DNA of 64,000 nucleotides from a virus (IMGVR_UViG_3300007177_000160:1-64000), one strand, 5' to 3'; counted from the first letter of the stretch, positions 26,378 through 36,036 are shown. Notes: a model not told the origin generated them from the letters alone. Numbers and translations are program-made.

Positions 26378-26383
26378 TAACTA

Positions 26384-26590
26384 ATGCTTCAAGTATGTCC
26401 ATCTAATGTATACTTGATAGAAATTAATATTGTAATCGCTTACCTGCCTTTAGACCAGTACATTCAGTATGCGTCTAAAGGTCCAGGTGAGCGGTTCTTT
26501 ATTCGAAAAGGAAGCGCAGGAGTTAAGTCGATATCAAGTAAAAACGTAACAATCTTAGCACAAAACATATTCTATTTACTCGCAAAGTAA
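26384..26590 (+). CDS. Hypothetical protein
   Basis: 68-aa ORF. Confidence 0.5.
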   Translation: MLQVCPSNVYLIEINIVIAYLPLDQYIQYASKGPGERFFIRKGSAGVKSISSKNVTILAQNIFYLLAK

Positions 26591-26596
26591 ATATCT

Positions 26597-26671
26597 GGCG
26601 TATTCGTCTAACGGTCAGGACAATCACTTTTCGAGTGATAAATAGTAGTTCGATTCTGCTATACGCTACCA
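26597..26671 (+). tRNA. tRNA-Glu(UUC) with encoded CCA
   Basis: GGCGTAT/ATACGCT acceptor, ATCAC-TTTTCGA-GTGAT anticodon arm, AGTAG-TTCGATT-CTGCT T arm, ACCA end. Confidence 0.92.
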
Positions 26672-26785
26672 CGCTATCCAATAATAGCAGTCATATCTGT
26701 AAGCGCCATAAAGGGAAGGTATTGGACTTCCCTTTATATTTAAAACTAAACTAAATTAAACTAACACTAAACTAAATAAATCATT

Positions 26786-27241
26786 ATGAAAAACTCAAAC
26801 GTAAAAAAACTCAGAAAACGTATTCGCAGAACTGTAGATGCAACTAAAGTAACTATCGAGAAAGTAGATCTTTCTAGATTCTTTACTCCTAAAGTACCTA
26901 AGCGGTCTAAAATGGCTGCTATGACTAAGAAAGAAATTCTCTTAAGTTTTGAAGTTAGAGATATGTTCCGCAATTTGAGCGTATCTGCTATCCTTGATGA
27001 CAAAAGAGAAGCAAGTGTTATGCGTCACGAAACTTTTTCTTTAAATAAAGTAAAACTAGTTGACACCATTACTCCTGTAGAAAAGACTGTAGTAGTTCCT
27101 ACAGCCTATGACATCGTACACGATGCAGTACTTGGAACCTATCGTAAAGGTAAGAACTTCGTAAAGCACACTGTACAAACTGTTGACGTGATTCCTACGT
27201 TAGATTGGAATCATTTCTCTTTTCCTGCAATTCCTGATTAA
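26786..27241 (+). CDS. Basic hypothetical protein
   Basis: 151 aa; leader of repeated AAACT. Confidence 0.75.
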   Translation: MKNSNVKKLRKRIRRTVDATKVTIEKVDLSRFFTPKVPKRSKMAAMTKKEILLSFEVRDMFRNLSVSAILDDKREASVMRHETFSLNKVKLVDTITPVEKTVVVPTAYDIVHDAVLGTYRKGKNFVKHTVQTVDVIPTLDWNHFSFPAIPD

Positions 27242-27365
27242 TATAAAAAATTAATTAAAGTATTGTATTTTATAACTTTCTATGTTATTATTGTATTGGC
27301 ATAGTTTTGTTAGTGTGATAACTAACATAGAAAGTTATTTTTTATTAACCTAATTAAATTAAAAT

Positions 27366-27626
27366 ATGAACAACGTAAATGATTTGCCAATGATGGCAGA
27401 AGCACCAGAACCAGAAATGGAAAAAGTATCTGAGTACAGACCTTCAAACAATGAAGCTCTCCGTGAGTTTGAAATCAACATTAGATTTTTAAGCAGAGGA
27501 TGTGTTGTAAGAGTAGGATGTAAAGAAATTGCATTTGAAAATCACACTAATGCAATGGCAGCAATTAATGCTTATGTTGCTAATCCTTGGGAAGAACAAC
27601 AAAAATGGCGTAAAATTTTAAACTAA
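27366..27626 (+). CDS. Hypothetical protein
   Basis: 86 aa; GCVVRVGCK motif. Confidence 0.75.
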   Translation: MNNVNDLPMMAEAPEPEMEKVSEYRPSNNEALREFEINIRFLSRGCVVRVGCKEIAFENHTNAMAAINAYVANPWEEQQKWRKILN

Positions 27627-28024
27627 TGAATGAAACAGCAGAATTTAAGGGCACTCAAGAAGAATGGGAAGCCTTAGTAGAGAAAAACTATCTTATTGGT
27701 ATTGCAAAAGTGTGTCATCAAGCAAACAAAGCCTATTGTGAATCTCAAGGGGATTTATCACAACCTGATTGGGCAGATGCTCCTGATTGGCAAGTACAAT
27801 CAGCAATAGCAGGAGTTGTCTTTAGGCTAGGAAATCCTGATGCAGGACCAGATGCTATGCACAATAATTGGAGTGCAGACAAAATTGCTGATGGATGGGT
27901 CTACGGAGAAGTAAAGGATGTAGAGAAAAAGACTCACCCTTGCTTAGTTCCATTTGACCAATTACCTTTGTTTCAGCAAAAGAAAGACAAACTATTTAGT
28001 GCTATTGTAGATGCACTAAAGTAA
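27626..28024 (+). CDS. RyR domain-containing protein
   Basis: HNNW...K..DGWVYG..KD..KKTHPCLVPFDQLP..Q..KD. Confidence 0.9.
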   Translation: MNETAEFKGTQEEWEALVEKNYLIGIAKVCHQANKAYCESQGDLSQPDWADAPDWQVQSAIAGVVFRLGNPDAGPDAMHNNWSADKIADGWVYGEVKDVEKKTHPCLVPFDQLPLFQQKKDKLFSAIVDALK

Positions 28025-28180
28025 AGATCAACCCTGTAGGCTCAGTCCTATAGGTCATGTACCATCCAGCATCCCGTAAGAACTGCCCGATGGTCTTCGA
28101 GTTGCTAGGAAAGCCTTAGAGTATAACTAGTAACAATCCCCAGTAAGCCTGCTTGATCAACAGAAACTGCTGGGGTTTAT

Positions 28181-28255
28181 TGCGGAGAAGATGAGCTGGT
28201 GCACACCGATGTCTCATAAGCATCGACTAGGTTGGTTCGATTCCAACCTCCGCAA
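28181..28255 (+). tRNA. tRNA-Met(CAU), atypical D arm
   Basis: TGCGGAG/CTCCGCA acceptor, GATGT-CTCATAA-GCATC anticodon arm, GTTGG-TTCGATT-CCAAC T arm. Confidence 0.8.
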
Positions 28256-28328
28256 CACGCGCTGATTGGTCTCAGCAGGAGCCTCTACCCTAGGCGAAGA
28301 AGTGGATTAACCACCACAAGGGTAACAT

Positions 28329-28398
28329 AGTCAGGTGGCGTAATTGGTAACGCCTTGGTTTATTACAAGAGATACGAGTTCGAGTCTCGTCCTGGCTG
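28329..28398 (+). tRNA. tRNA-like RNA with aberrant anticodon arm (identity undetermined)
   Basis: AGTCAGG/CCTGGCT acceptor, GCGT/ACGC D stem and ACGAG-TTCGAGT-CTCGT T arm are intact; anticodon arm is CTTG-GTTTATTA-CAAG (4 bp, 8-nt loop). Confidence 0.7.
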
Positions 28399-28509
28399 CG
28401 AGAACTGCCTACACAGTTCGGGTTTTCATCATATTGATTTTTTTTTGATTAGTGAATTAAGGCCTTGTAGGGGGCCTTTTTTATTATCAGTACAATTAGT
28501 ATAATCGAT

Positions 28510-29343
28510 ATGATTAAAATTCAGAAAACTAAAACCTTACAAACAAAAGATAACGACAACAGTGCAAACTGTATTGCGCCTAATCTTATTTACGGATGCT
28601 TTGGTGGATGTGTATCGACATATTGCTATATGGCTCGCTACAACGAAACTCGAGTATTTGTAAACACTAACGTAGATGACATCTTTAACTCTGTTGTAGA
28701 ATGGGAAAAGAATTACGTCAAAGAACCTGACCAACAAGATCCCGTTTACACAATGGTAGATATCAGCTGTAATACAGACTTAGTTCTTATGCAGAAACAT
28801 CTACCTGAATCCTTACACGATTATCTTAAACGATATGATAATCATCCCAGGCTGAACTCTACGATGGCTACTAAGTATCCAAAATTATTAACCTTAGACG
28901 TTAATCATTTTAATAAAAAGCCAAGAGTTAGAGTTAGTGTTATGCCACAACCTTATGCGGATATCCTGGAACCTAAAATGCAGCCTATTTCAGAACGAAT
29001 CAAAGATATTAACAGGCTCAAAGATTTAGGTTGGGAAGTCCACATCAACTACAGTCCGCTTATATTCTATCCTAAATGGAGAGAATACTATGATTTTTTA
29101 TTTAAAGAAATCAAAGAAACAGCGGGCGAGAACAAGTGCGAAGTAATAGCTTTAACTAATCACGAAAGACAAATGGCTAAAGCATCACCTCAAGCACAAG
29201 AACTAATGAAATATAGTTGTGAAGTCAAGAACTCTTCTGGAGTAATGAGATATCCTATTCAACACAAAGGAGAAGCTCTGGAAGAATTTAAGCGGATTTA
29301 CAGCCAGTATTTCGACTTAGACACCATTAGATACATTTTTTAA
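28510..29343 (+). CDS. Spore photoproduct lyase-like radical SAM protein
   Basis: IAPN..YGC.GGC..TYCYM.R, DISCNTD, ATKY, RVRVSVMPQ...LEP.....ERI, VHINYSP. Confidence 0.85.
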   Translation: MIKIQKTKTLQTKDNDNSANCIAPNLIYGCFGGCVSTYCYMARYNETRVFVNTNVDDIFNSVVEWEKNYVKEPDQQDPVYTMVDISCNTDLVLMQKHLPESLHDYLKRYDNHPRLNSTMATKYPKLLTLDVNHFNKKPRVRVSVMPQPYADILEPKMQPISERIKDINRLKDLGWEVHINYSPLIFYPKWREYYDFLFKEIKETAGENKCEVIALTNHERQMAKASPQAQELMKYSCEVKNSSGVMRYPIQHKGEALEEFKRIYSQYFDLDTIRYIF

Positions 29344-29349
29344 TCAGAT

Positions 29350-29853
29350 ATGAACTACCAAATTACTAAAAACCTTGAACTGGTTAAAACCAGAAACTAC
29401 AAGCCTTTATTTAAAGTTGCTGTAGTTCTTAACGTATTTCTACTTGGGTACATTATCTATTTGACTAATATAGACCCAGTAGTAAAAATCGTACAAACAC
29501 TTGTTCCTTACAACTTAGCCGAAAAAGCTGACGTAGAGTTAACAGACTCAGCTTTAACCCAAGAGTTAATTAAGGAAGGCAGTGTTCTACCAAGTGTGGC
29601 TTTAGCTCAAGCTAAAATTGAGTCAGGCCATTACACCTCTAAAGTCTGCAAAGAAAACAAAAACTTATTTGGCATTAAGTATCATAAGTGTCCATTTGTA
29701 GTCGGACAGAATCTTAATCACGCAGTCTATAAGACTTACCGAGACAACATAAAGTGTTATACACATATTCAAAATCATTATCTCGGAAAGATTGACGGAC
29801 ACTATGCTGAATCTAAGACCTATGTAGAAAAAATCAAAACCTTTAAAAACTAA
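29350..29853 (+). CDS. Membrane-anchored glucosaminidase (GH73-like) domain protein
   Basis: N-terminal TM; LAQAKIESG...NLFGIK...YAE..TY. Confidence 0.8.
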   Translation: MNYQITKNLELVKTRNYKPLFKVAVVLNVFLLGYIIYLTNIDPVVKIVQTLVPYNLAEKADVELTDSALTQELIKEGSVLPSVALAQAKIESGHYTSKVCKENKNLFGIKYHKCPFVVGQNLNHAVYKTYRDNIKCYTHIQNHYLGKIDGHYAESKTYVEKIKTFKN

Positions 29854-29886
29854 ATTAAACCCAAACCAACTAATCGTAAAATCATT

Positions 29887-30774
29887 ATGGCAAACTCAAA
29901 AATCGCAAGCACAAAAAAATTAATTAAAGACATCGTAGTAGACAAAGAAACTAGTCGTAAAGAAAAAATTACTGACGTAGAAAAAGCCTACATCACCTAC
30001 CAAACAGCTATTAGCATTGATATAAACTATCCATTAAAGAACTTACAGTTTATACCAAGTTCTATTCCATTGGGTAGCTTAGATGGCTTACAGCGTCCTG
30101 TAATTACTGCACACGGTAACACTTTAGCTAAGTCTATGAAAATGATGGGCAACATTCGTCCTATCATTGTGACTAAACTAAAAGAAAAGAACGGAAAGTA
30201 TAAGTTCTATGTGTTAGACGGTCAGCACAACTATAATGCATTGCTTAGTTTAAAAGCAGAAGAAATTCCCATTGTAGAGATAAGCACAAAAAGCACAGCA
30301 AACCTGGTAGAAACTATTGCATTGCTTAACTCTTCGTCTAAGTCTTGGAGTTTAAAAGATTATGTAACTGCTTGGTCTAATATCCATTCAGACTACGGTC
30401 TGTTAAAAAGATTGTACGACAAGTATGACATCGAGTTAAGTATTGTAGCTGCTGTGTGTACAGGTGCTAACTTAGGTAGTGCTACACCTGCTACTAAACT
30501 AATTAAGTCAGGTGAGTTCCGTATTTTTAACTTATCAGAGTCTGAACAGAAACTATCAGATATTAATGAAATTTTGAACGAATTACCTCGTATGGATAGA
30601 GCAGCTAATCGTTATTTTATTTTATCTTTGATAAGCGTATTTAACGAGATTAAGTACGGAAGAAAAGAACACAACAAACTATTAGACTACGTAAAAAATA
30701 ATCGTGAGATATTAAAGTTTGCGTTAAACAACGTAAACGAGCTCAAAGAATATCTTTTACAAGCATTTAACTAA
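29887..30774 (+). CDS. ParB/Srx-like N-terminal domain protein
   Basis: RPIIV...VLDGQH..NAL...LNSSSKSWSLKDY. Confidence 0.7.
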   Translation: MANSKIASTKKLIKDIVVDKETSRKEKITDVEKAYITYQTAISIDINYPLKNLQFIPSSIPLGSLDGLQRPVITAHGNTLAKSMKMMGNIRPIIVTKLKEKNGKYKFYVLDGQHNYNALLSLKAEEIPIVEISTKSTANLVETIALLNSSSKSWSLKDYVTAWSNIHSDYGLLKRLYDKYDIELSIVAAVCTGANLGSATPATKLIKSGEFRIFNLSESEQKLSDINEILNELPRMDRAANRYFILSLISVFNEIKYGRKEHNKLLDYVKNNREILKFALNNVNELKEYLLQAFN

Positions 30775-31850
30775 TGACACGCGAAGAGATTCAACAACAA
30801 GCACTCAAGGAAATCTCTAAACATCATAGATGCGGCATAGCGGTATCCATGGGGGTCGGTAAAACTTATATCGGCCTCCAGTATATCGCTGAGCATCTTA
30901 TTAACGGAGAAGTTCTTGTAGTAGCTCCTAAACGAGATATTTTTCAGTCCTGGATAGACGATGCAGGTAAGTTTGGATTATCAGACTTACTAAAGCATAT
31001 TACATTCACGACATATATCTCATTAACTAAACATAATCCAGAAGATTACTCTATTGTAATTCTGGATGAAGCTCACACCACTAAAGGTTCTCATACAGAG
31101 TTTTTAGATCACTATAAAGGCAGGATTCTCGGTCTTACTGGTACTCCTCCTAAATGGTTACAGTCTGAGAAAGGCATAATGATGCAGCGTTTTTATCCTA
31201 TCGTTTATTCTTACAGAGTAGAACAAGCTGTCGGTCACAACATCTTAAATGATTACCGCATATTTGTACACAAAGTACAGTTAAACGAAGCCAACACTTT
31301 AGAAACTAAACAAGGTTGGAAAACCAGCGAAAGAAAAAACTATGAGTGGTTGCGCAGACAGATAGAAGACGCTCCTAACGATAAGCAAGCTTTCTTTAAA
31401 CAGATTATGTGTATCAATGCTATCAAACAGTACCAAAGCAAAGAACAATATGTAAAGAAATGCTTATCGCTTATTCCTGAAAGTGAGAAATGCTTGATTT
31501 TTGCCAATACAATTGAACAGGCAGAACGTCTATGCGAAAACTCTCACCACTCAAAGAAAAAGAACTCCGACGACTTAGATGATTTCAAAAAAGGCAATAT
31601 AACAAGATTATCTGCTGTGGAACAATTAAGTGAGGGTGTGACTATTCCTAATCTTAGGCACATTATTATTATGCATTCTTACGGTAACGAGAAAAAAGCA
31701 TCACAAAAAATAGGCCGAGCATTGCGCCTAAACCCTGAAGAAGTATCAAAAATTCACGTACTAATGTATGAGAACACCATTGATGAAAAATGGGTAAAGC
31801 GTGCTCTTGAAGAATTTAATCCTGAAAAAATCAAATACACAACTATTTAA
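30774..31850 (+). CDS. SF2 (DEAH) helicase
   Basis: MGVGKT, DEAH, GLTGT, LSEGV, QKIGRALR. Confidence 0.92.
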   Translation: MTREEIQQQALKEISKHHRCGIAVSMGVGKTYIGLQYIAEHLINGEVLVVAPKRDIFQSWIDDAGKFGLSDLLKHITFTTYISLTKHNPEDYSIVILDEAHTTKGSHTEFLDHYKGRILGLTGTPPKWLQSEKGIMMQRFYPIVYSYRVEQAVGHNILNDYRIFVHKVQLNEANTLETKQGWKTSERKNYEWLRRQIEDAPNDKQAFFKQIMCINAIKQYQSKEQYVKKCLSLIPESEKCLIFANTIEQAERLCENSHHSKKKNSDDLDDFKKGNITRLSAVEQLSEGVTIPNLRHIIIMHSYGNEKKASQKIGRALRLNPEEVSKIHVLMYENTIDEKWVKRALEEFNPEKIKYTTI

Positions 31851-31851
31851 A

Positions 31852-32157
31852 ATGGAACTAACAAGATTAACACCCGAAATGCTTCCCGAAATGGGATTCA
31901 GAAAAATAAGTTACATAGACGAAGACACCAATAAAGAAGTCTTCCATTACGAACTTCCGCTTAGTAAGACTACTTACCAAGATTTTATACTAATCTCTAA
32001 TCCCAATGACGAAGAAAATTTTCCAGTTATTCAGTTTTGTGGAGTAGACGAGTACGAAATCAAGCACGTAGAGCCCTTGGTTCTTTTAATTAATCTCTTG
32101 CAGAGTTGCTGCGTAGTAGATGAGTTTGTTATAGATAAACAATTTTCTGATGAGTAA
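31852..32157 (+). CDS. Hypothetical protein
   Basis: Probable start MELTRL. Confidence 0.7.
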   Translation: MELTRLTPEMLPEMGFRKISYIDEDTNKEVFHYELPLSKTTYQDFILISNPNDEENFPVIQFCGVDEYEIKHVEPLVLLINLLQSCCVVDEFVIDKQFSDE

Positions 32158-33694
32158 TAAACACATAAAACTATACACAGAAGAACAAATGAGACAAGCA
32201 TTCAATTGCGGTAGTTTATATTTAAGCAGGGAAGGCGATACAAATTTTCATCAGTTGATAGACAAACTAACACCCATTGAACTACCAAGTGATGAGGAGA
32301 TACGAGAAGAGAGATTGTTACAATTTCCCGATTCTGAATATGCTAACAGGGCAAACGATAGACTTGCCTTTTTATGTGGAGCAAAATTCGTAATAAACAA
32401 AATACAAGGAGGTAACAAATGAGCAACAATAAACAAAGTATGACAAATAATAAACCACACGGATTCTGTGAAACTCCAGAAGAAAAATGCACAATGAATT
32501 ATTGTGATGAAAATGGATGTGTCAACAGAAAGAGAAATCTTGTAGGAGACGGAGACCCAATTGATACGAGCAACTATAAACTAAGTAGCGTATATGCAGT
32601 AACGGGAGTAGATCACGGGTCAATAGTTACCGCAATGAATGAACAACAAGCCATTGAAATTTTTCAAAAAGTTTATAATGGTGAAGAGATTATTTGCGTT
32701 AAGGATATTTCAAATTATAATTTAGAAAACTTATGAGCAACAATAAGCAAAGTATAAAACTATATACAGAAGAACAGGTAATAAGAATTGCAAAATTATA
32801 TAGACATGAATTATATGTATTATATGCAGCAATGAAAACTGAAACCCCCATCGAACTACCGAGTGATGAGGAGATAGAGGAATATGCAGATAGTGTAATG
32901 CCTTATGCAGAAAAAATAGGGGGAGAAACATATACTGCGTATAGAGCAATTAAACTAGGCGCAAAATGGGTGTGTAAAATAATACAAGGAGGTAACAAAT
33001 GATTTGGTTACTTGGTATTGTATGCATAATTGTCCTAGTTGGAGTACTTTCTGTTGACAATAAAAAACAAAAAGACTTGTTCAGCTTTCTAGTGTCTTTG
33101 CTTATGACTTTATGTTTTTTACTTGGTGTTTTAATGGTAGACGAAGTGGGTATAAAATCAGATAAACCACTTACTCCTTCCGTTAGAATTGAGTGTAAAG
33201 ACGGTAAGTGTGATACTACCTACATTTACATAGGAGATAACAAATGAGCAACAAAAAAAGTAGCATAGAGTACTACATCGTAAACTTGATTAATATACTT
33301 GGAGATGAAATTTGCAACAAAATTACTATTGAACAAAATAATAAGATTGTAATTTTAGAAAAACAAGCCAAAGCAATGCACAAGGAGGAGAAAAAACAAG
33401 TACTCAAAGATTATTTTGCTTGGCATAAGTCAAAAGGATTTGTAAGTCATAAAAAAGAAGATATTGAAGAGTTTATTAACGAAACATTTGAAGGTAACAA
33501 TGAAGATTAATCCAATAATTGCAGCACTTTTAACAATGGTAGGGATATACCTATTGATATCATTTGCCATATGGGAACTAAATGCTAAATACTGGAAGAC
33601 AGAAGCAAGGGTAATGTATGCTTTGTTTGCTCCAATATTTGCAGCATTGATGTATTCATCAGTTAAAGTTTGCAACAATCAAAATTACAAATGA
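32150..33694 (+). repeat. Array of six small overlapping genes joined by shared junction repeats (AATACAAGGAGGTAACAAATGA / ATGAGCAACAATAA)
   Basis: ORFs 32150-32422, 32419-32736, 32733-33002, 32999-33247, 33244-33510, 33500-33694; starts MSNNKQS/MSNK, ends IQGGNK/IGDNK/EGNN; PIELPSDEEI occurs twice. Confidence 0.8.
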
Positions 33695-33780
33695 GCGGAG
33701 GAAGATTTGAGTAAACTAGATTTTGCTCAATAAAGCATATCACTTTATTATTTGCCACTAATTGATTGTTAGTGGCTTTT

Positions 33781-33816
33781 TTGAGGGTGCTTTTGAGGGA
33801 GCTCTTGAGGGTGCTA
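33781..33816. repeat. 12-bp tandem repeat TTGAGGGWGCTN x3
   Basis: Direct observation; intergenic. Confidence 0.8.
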
Positions 33817-33927
33817 TTTGTGAAAAAATCACAATAAGTTGTCATTAAAGTACCAAAATGATGGATTTATGCGTCATTAATGACCATTTATCACATTAAA
33901 GTAGGATTTATCATACATTTTAAAACT

Positions 33928-34233
33928 ATGGAAAACACTAAAAGCATTAAAAGCATTAAAAGTACTAAAAGCATTAAAGAAAAATCGTTTGAAGAAGTAC
34001 TCGCAGAATTAGATCAAATGATTGAAGCAGACATGCTTAAGTTTAAAGAAGCACTAGATAATCTTTCTCTAAGGGAGAATACTAATGCTTATTTTGAACA
34101 GGAAGAAACGTTAATAGAAGAGTTTGAAACTCCGCAAATTTTTAGTAATTTAGCGGAAAATCAAACCAACTTTATTAACAGTGACGAAGATTCAAGACTC
34201 TCTAACTATGTCCAGGATAGCATCTCTGACTAA
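33928..34233 (+). CDS. Acidic hypothetical protein
   Basis: Probable start MENTKSIKSIKSTKSIK. Confidence 0.6.
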   Translation: MENTKSIKSIKSTKSIKEKSFEEVLAELDQMIEADMLKFKEALDNLSLRENTNAYFEQEETLIEEFETPQIFSNLAENQTNFINSDEDSRLSNYVQDSISD

Positions 34234-34382
34234 TAAGATGAGTCCTCAGTTTATTGACCACTGTAACACGAATGGAATTGACTTAATTAAGTGGTACAGA
34301 TGGCAATTACATCTTATTTGGGAACAAAGAAATATTTCCCGCATACACTCAGGTTACTTTAAGAAATCAAAAAAGAAATAAA

Positions 34383-34610
34383 ATGTACAAGGTAGTATTT
34401 GAATTTAATCACGATGAAGTAGAAATCGTGCAAGTTTTAGAGAAAAGCGGTGAAGACTGGGTTTTAGTAAAAGATAAAGAATTACTGGATAGAATCGAAA
34501 GAAAGTTCTTATCTACTAAAAGCAAAAATCCTTCATCAAAAGGTTACGGTCAAGTAGTCTACACAGAAAACTTGACATACGTAACAGGAAGTTTTGAGAG
34601 TATTAAATAA
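34383..34610 (+). CDS. Hypothetical protein
   Basis: 75-aa ORF. Confidence 0.7.
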   Translation: MYKVVFEFNHDEVEIVQVLEKSGEDWVLVKDKELLDRIERKFLSTKSKNPSSKGYGQVVYTENLTYVTGSFESIK

Positions 34611-34615
34611 GAACT

Positions 34616-34858
34616 ATGGGCTACGATGAATATTTATTTAGCTGTCTTCTCAAAGAATATGATGAAGATTTTGCTAGCTTACCTTATGATGAGCAATTCG
34701 ACAATCTACCTAGACTCTATAAAGAGTTTGAAAAATCCCCTTTCAACGAAAAAGAAGAGCCACTTTATGCTTGTATTGAAAGATACCTACTAGATAAAGA
34801 GGCTAATCAAAACGATGAAATGGACCTTGATGACGATGAACTAGACTACATCATTTAA
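34616..34858 (+). CDS. Acidic hypothetical protein
   Basis: 80 aa, followed by terminator AGGCCAG...CTGGCCTTTTTT. Confidence 0.7.
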   Translation: MGYDEYLFSCLLKEYDEDFASLPYDEQFDNLPRLYKEFEKSPFNEKEEPLYACIERYLLDKEANQNDEMDLDDDELDYII

Positions 34859-35061
34859 CGATAAGGCCAGTTAGTAGCTGGCCTTTTTTATTATGCAACA
34901 GATTTACGTTCAACTACAAATTAACACCGATCCTTCTATAGATTCGCAGCTTGTTTGGGTAGTGTATAATCTAGCAAACACCATTTACAAAGTATTCCCA
35001 GAAAATCAAGAACAACAAGCTTATAACTATAAATCGGAGCAAGAAAAACAATTTAAAACCA

Positions 35062-35460
35062 ATGGATTTATTAGTAACACATCCCGTAAAGAAATCTGAC
35101 CTTGGATTTCATGGTAATCTCTTTGGGGGTCAACTCCTTAGTTGGACTGATGCAGCTCTTGCCGCCTATGCAATGGAGAAATGCCACACACAAAATATGA
35201 TTACCATATCTATCGACCAGTGCGTATTTAAAAAACCAGCTAAAGAAAAGCATTTGGTTAAGATCTACGCTGAAATGATTCGTATAGGTAACACCTCAGC
35301 TACCTTCAGAGTAGAAGCTCGAGCATATAATGTATTTAGAGAAGATGAAGTTATTCTCTTACAAACCTGTATGACTTTTGTTCGAGTAGACGAAGAAGGA
35401 GAACCCATTCCTATTTCTAAACAAGTAAAAGAAACCTTTCAATCTAAAAACCAACTTTAA
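35062..35460 (+). CDS. Acyl-CoA thioesterase (hotdog fold, YciA-like)
   Basis: DLGFHGNLFGGQLLSWTD, T.SID...FKKP, GNTS, FVRVDEEGEP.PI. Confidence 0.9.
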   Translation: MDLLVTHPVKKSDLGFHGNLFGGQLLSWTDAALAAYAMEKCHTQNMITISIDQCVFKKPAKEKHLVKIYAEMIRIGNTSATFRVEARAYNVFREDEVILLQTCMTFVRVDEEGEPIPISKQVKETFQSKNQL

Positions 35461-35463
35461 TTA

Positions 35464-36033
35464 ATGAAAAGATTATTTATTGTAGCGTTACTGGCGCTAT
35501 GCTCTGCTATTGCAGTAGGTCAAACATTCTCAGGTATTCCGTTAAGCGGAAACGTAGATGTATTCAGACAAAAACTAGCCACTAAAGGCTTTGTTTATCA
35601 AAAAACCATTGCCAGTGGTTATCTCTACACAGGTAAAATTGCGAATGAAAAAGTAGATGTATATGTAATGCACACTCGTAAGAACCGCTACGTTTATAAG
35701 GTTGTAGTGTATTTTCCAGAGAACTTTACTTTTGAGCGTTTAATTTCAAATTATGAAGAGAAAGTAGCAGTTTTAATTTCTAAATACGGAGAGCCATCTG
35801 ATTCCTTTGATTATTTTACGAGTCCTTATTTTTATGGCGACGGCTATGAGTTACAAGCAGTAAGTTCAGGAAACTATACAAAATTTTGTGTTTGGACAGA
35901 AGGAGTACATAGTGACTTTCCTAAACTTGTACAGGTTAGCCGTACAAACTGTGTTATGATTATGTACGAAAACACAGAGAACGTAGAAATCAAAAAACAA
36001 GAAGATCTCCAACAAATGCAGAACGGTCTGTAG
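35464..36033 (+). CDS. Secreted/periplasmic protein
   Basis: Sec signal peptide; F.GIPL.G....F..KL..KGF and L..KYG.P motifs as in Bacteroidota proteins. Confidence 0.75.
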   Translation: MKRLFIVALLALCSAIAVGQTFSGIPLSGNVDVFRQKLATKGFVYQKTIASGYLYTGKIANEKVDVYVMHTRKNRYVYKVVVYFPENFTFERLISNYEEKVAVLISKYGEPSDSFDYFTSPYFYGDGYELQAVSSGNYTKFCVWTEGVHSDFPKLVQVSRTNCVMIMYENTENVEIKKQEDLQQMQNGL

Positions 36034-36036
36034 GTT

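Noticed and set aside
28329-28398. Ochre suppressor tRNA / alternative genetic code
   Set aside because: TTA occurs in the loop, but the arm geometry is non-canonical, and TAA, TAG and TGA all end genes normally with no fragmentation.
32150-33816. CRISPR array
   Set aside because: Repeats are coding junctions with irregular 250-580 bp spacing; no cas genes.
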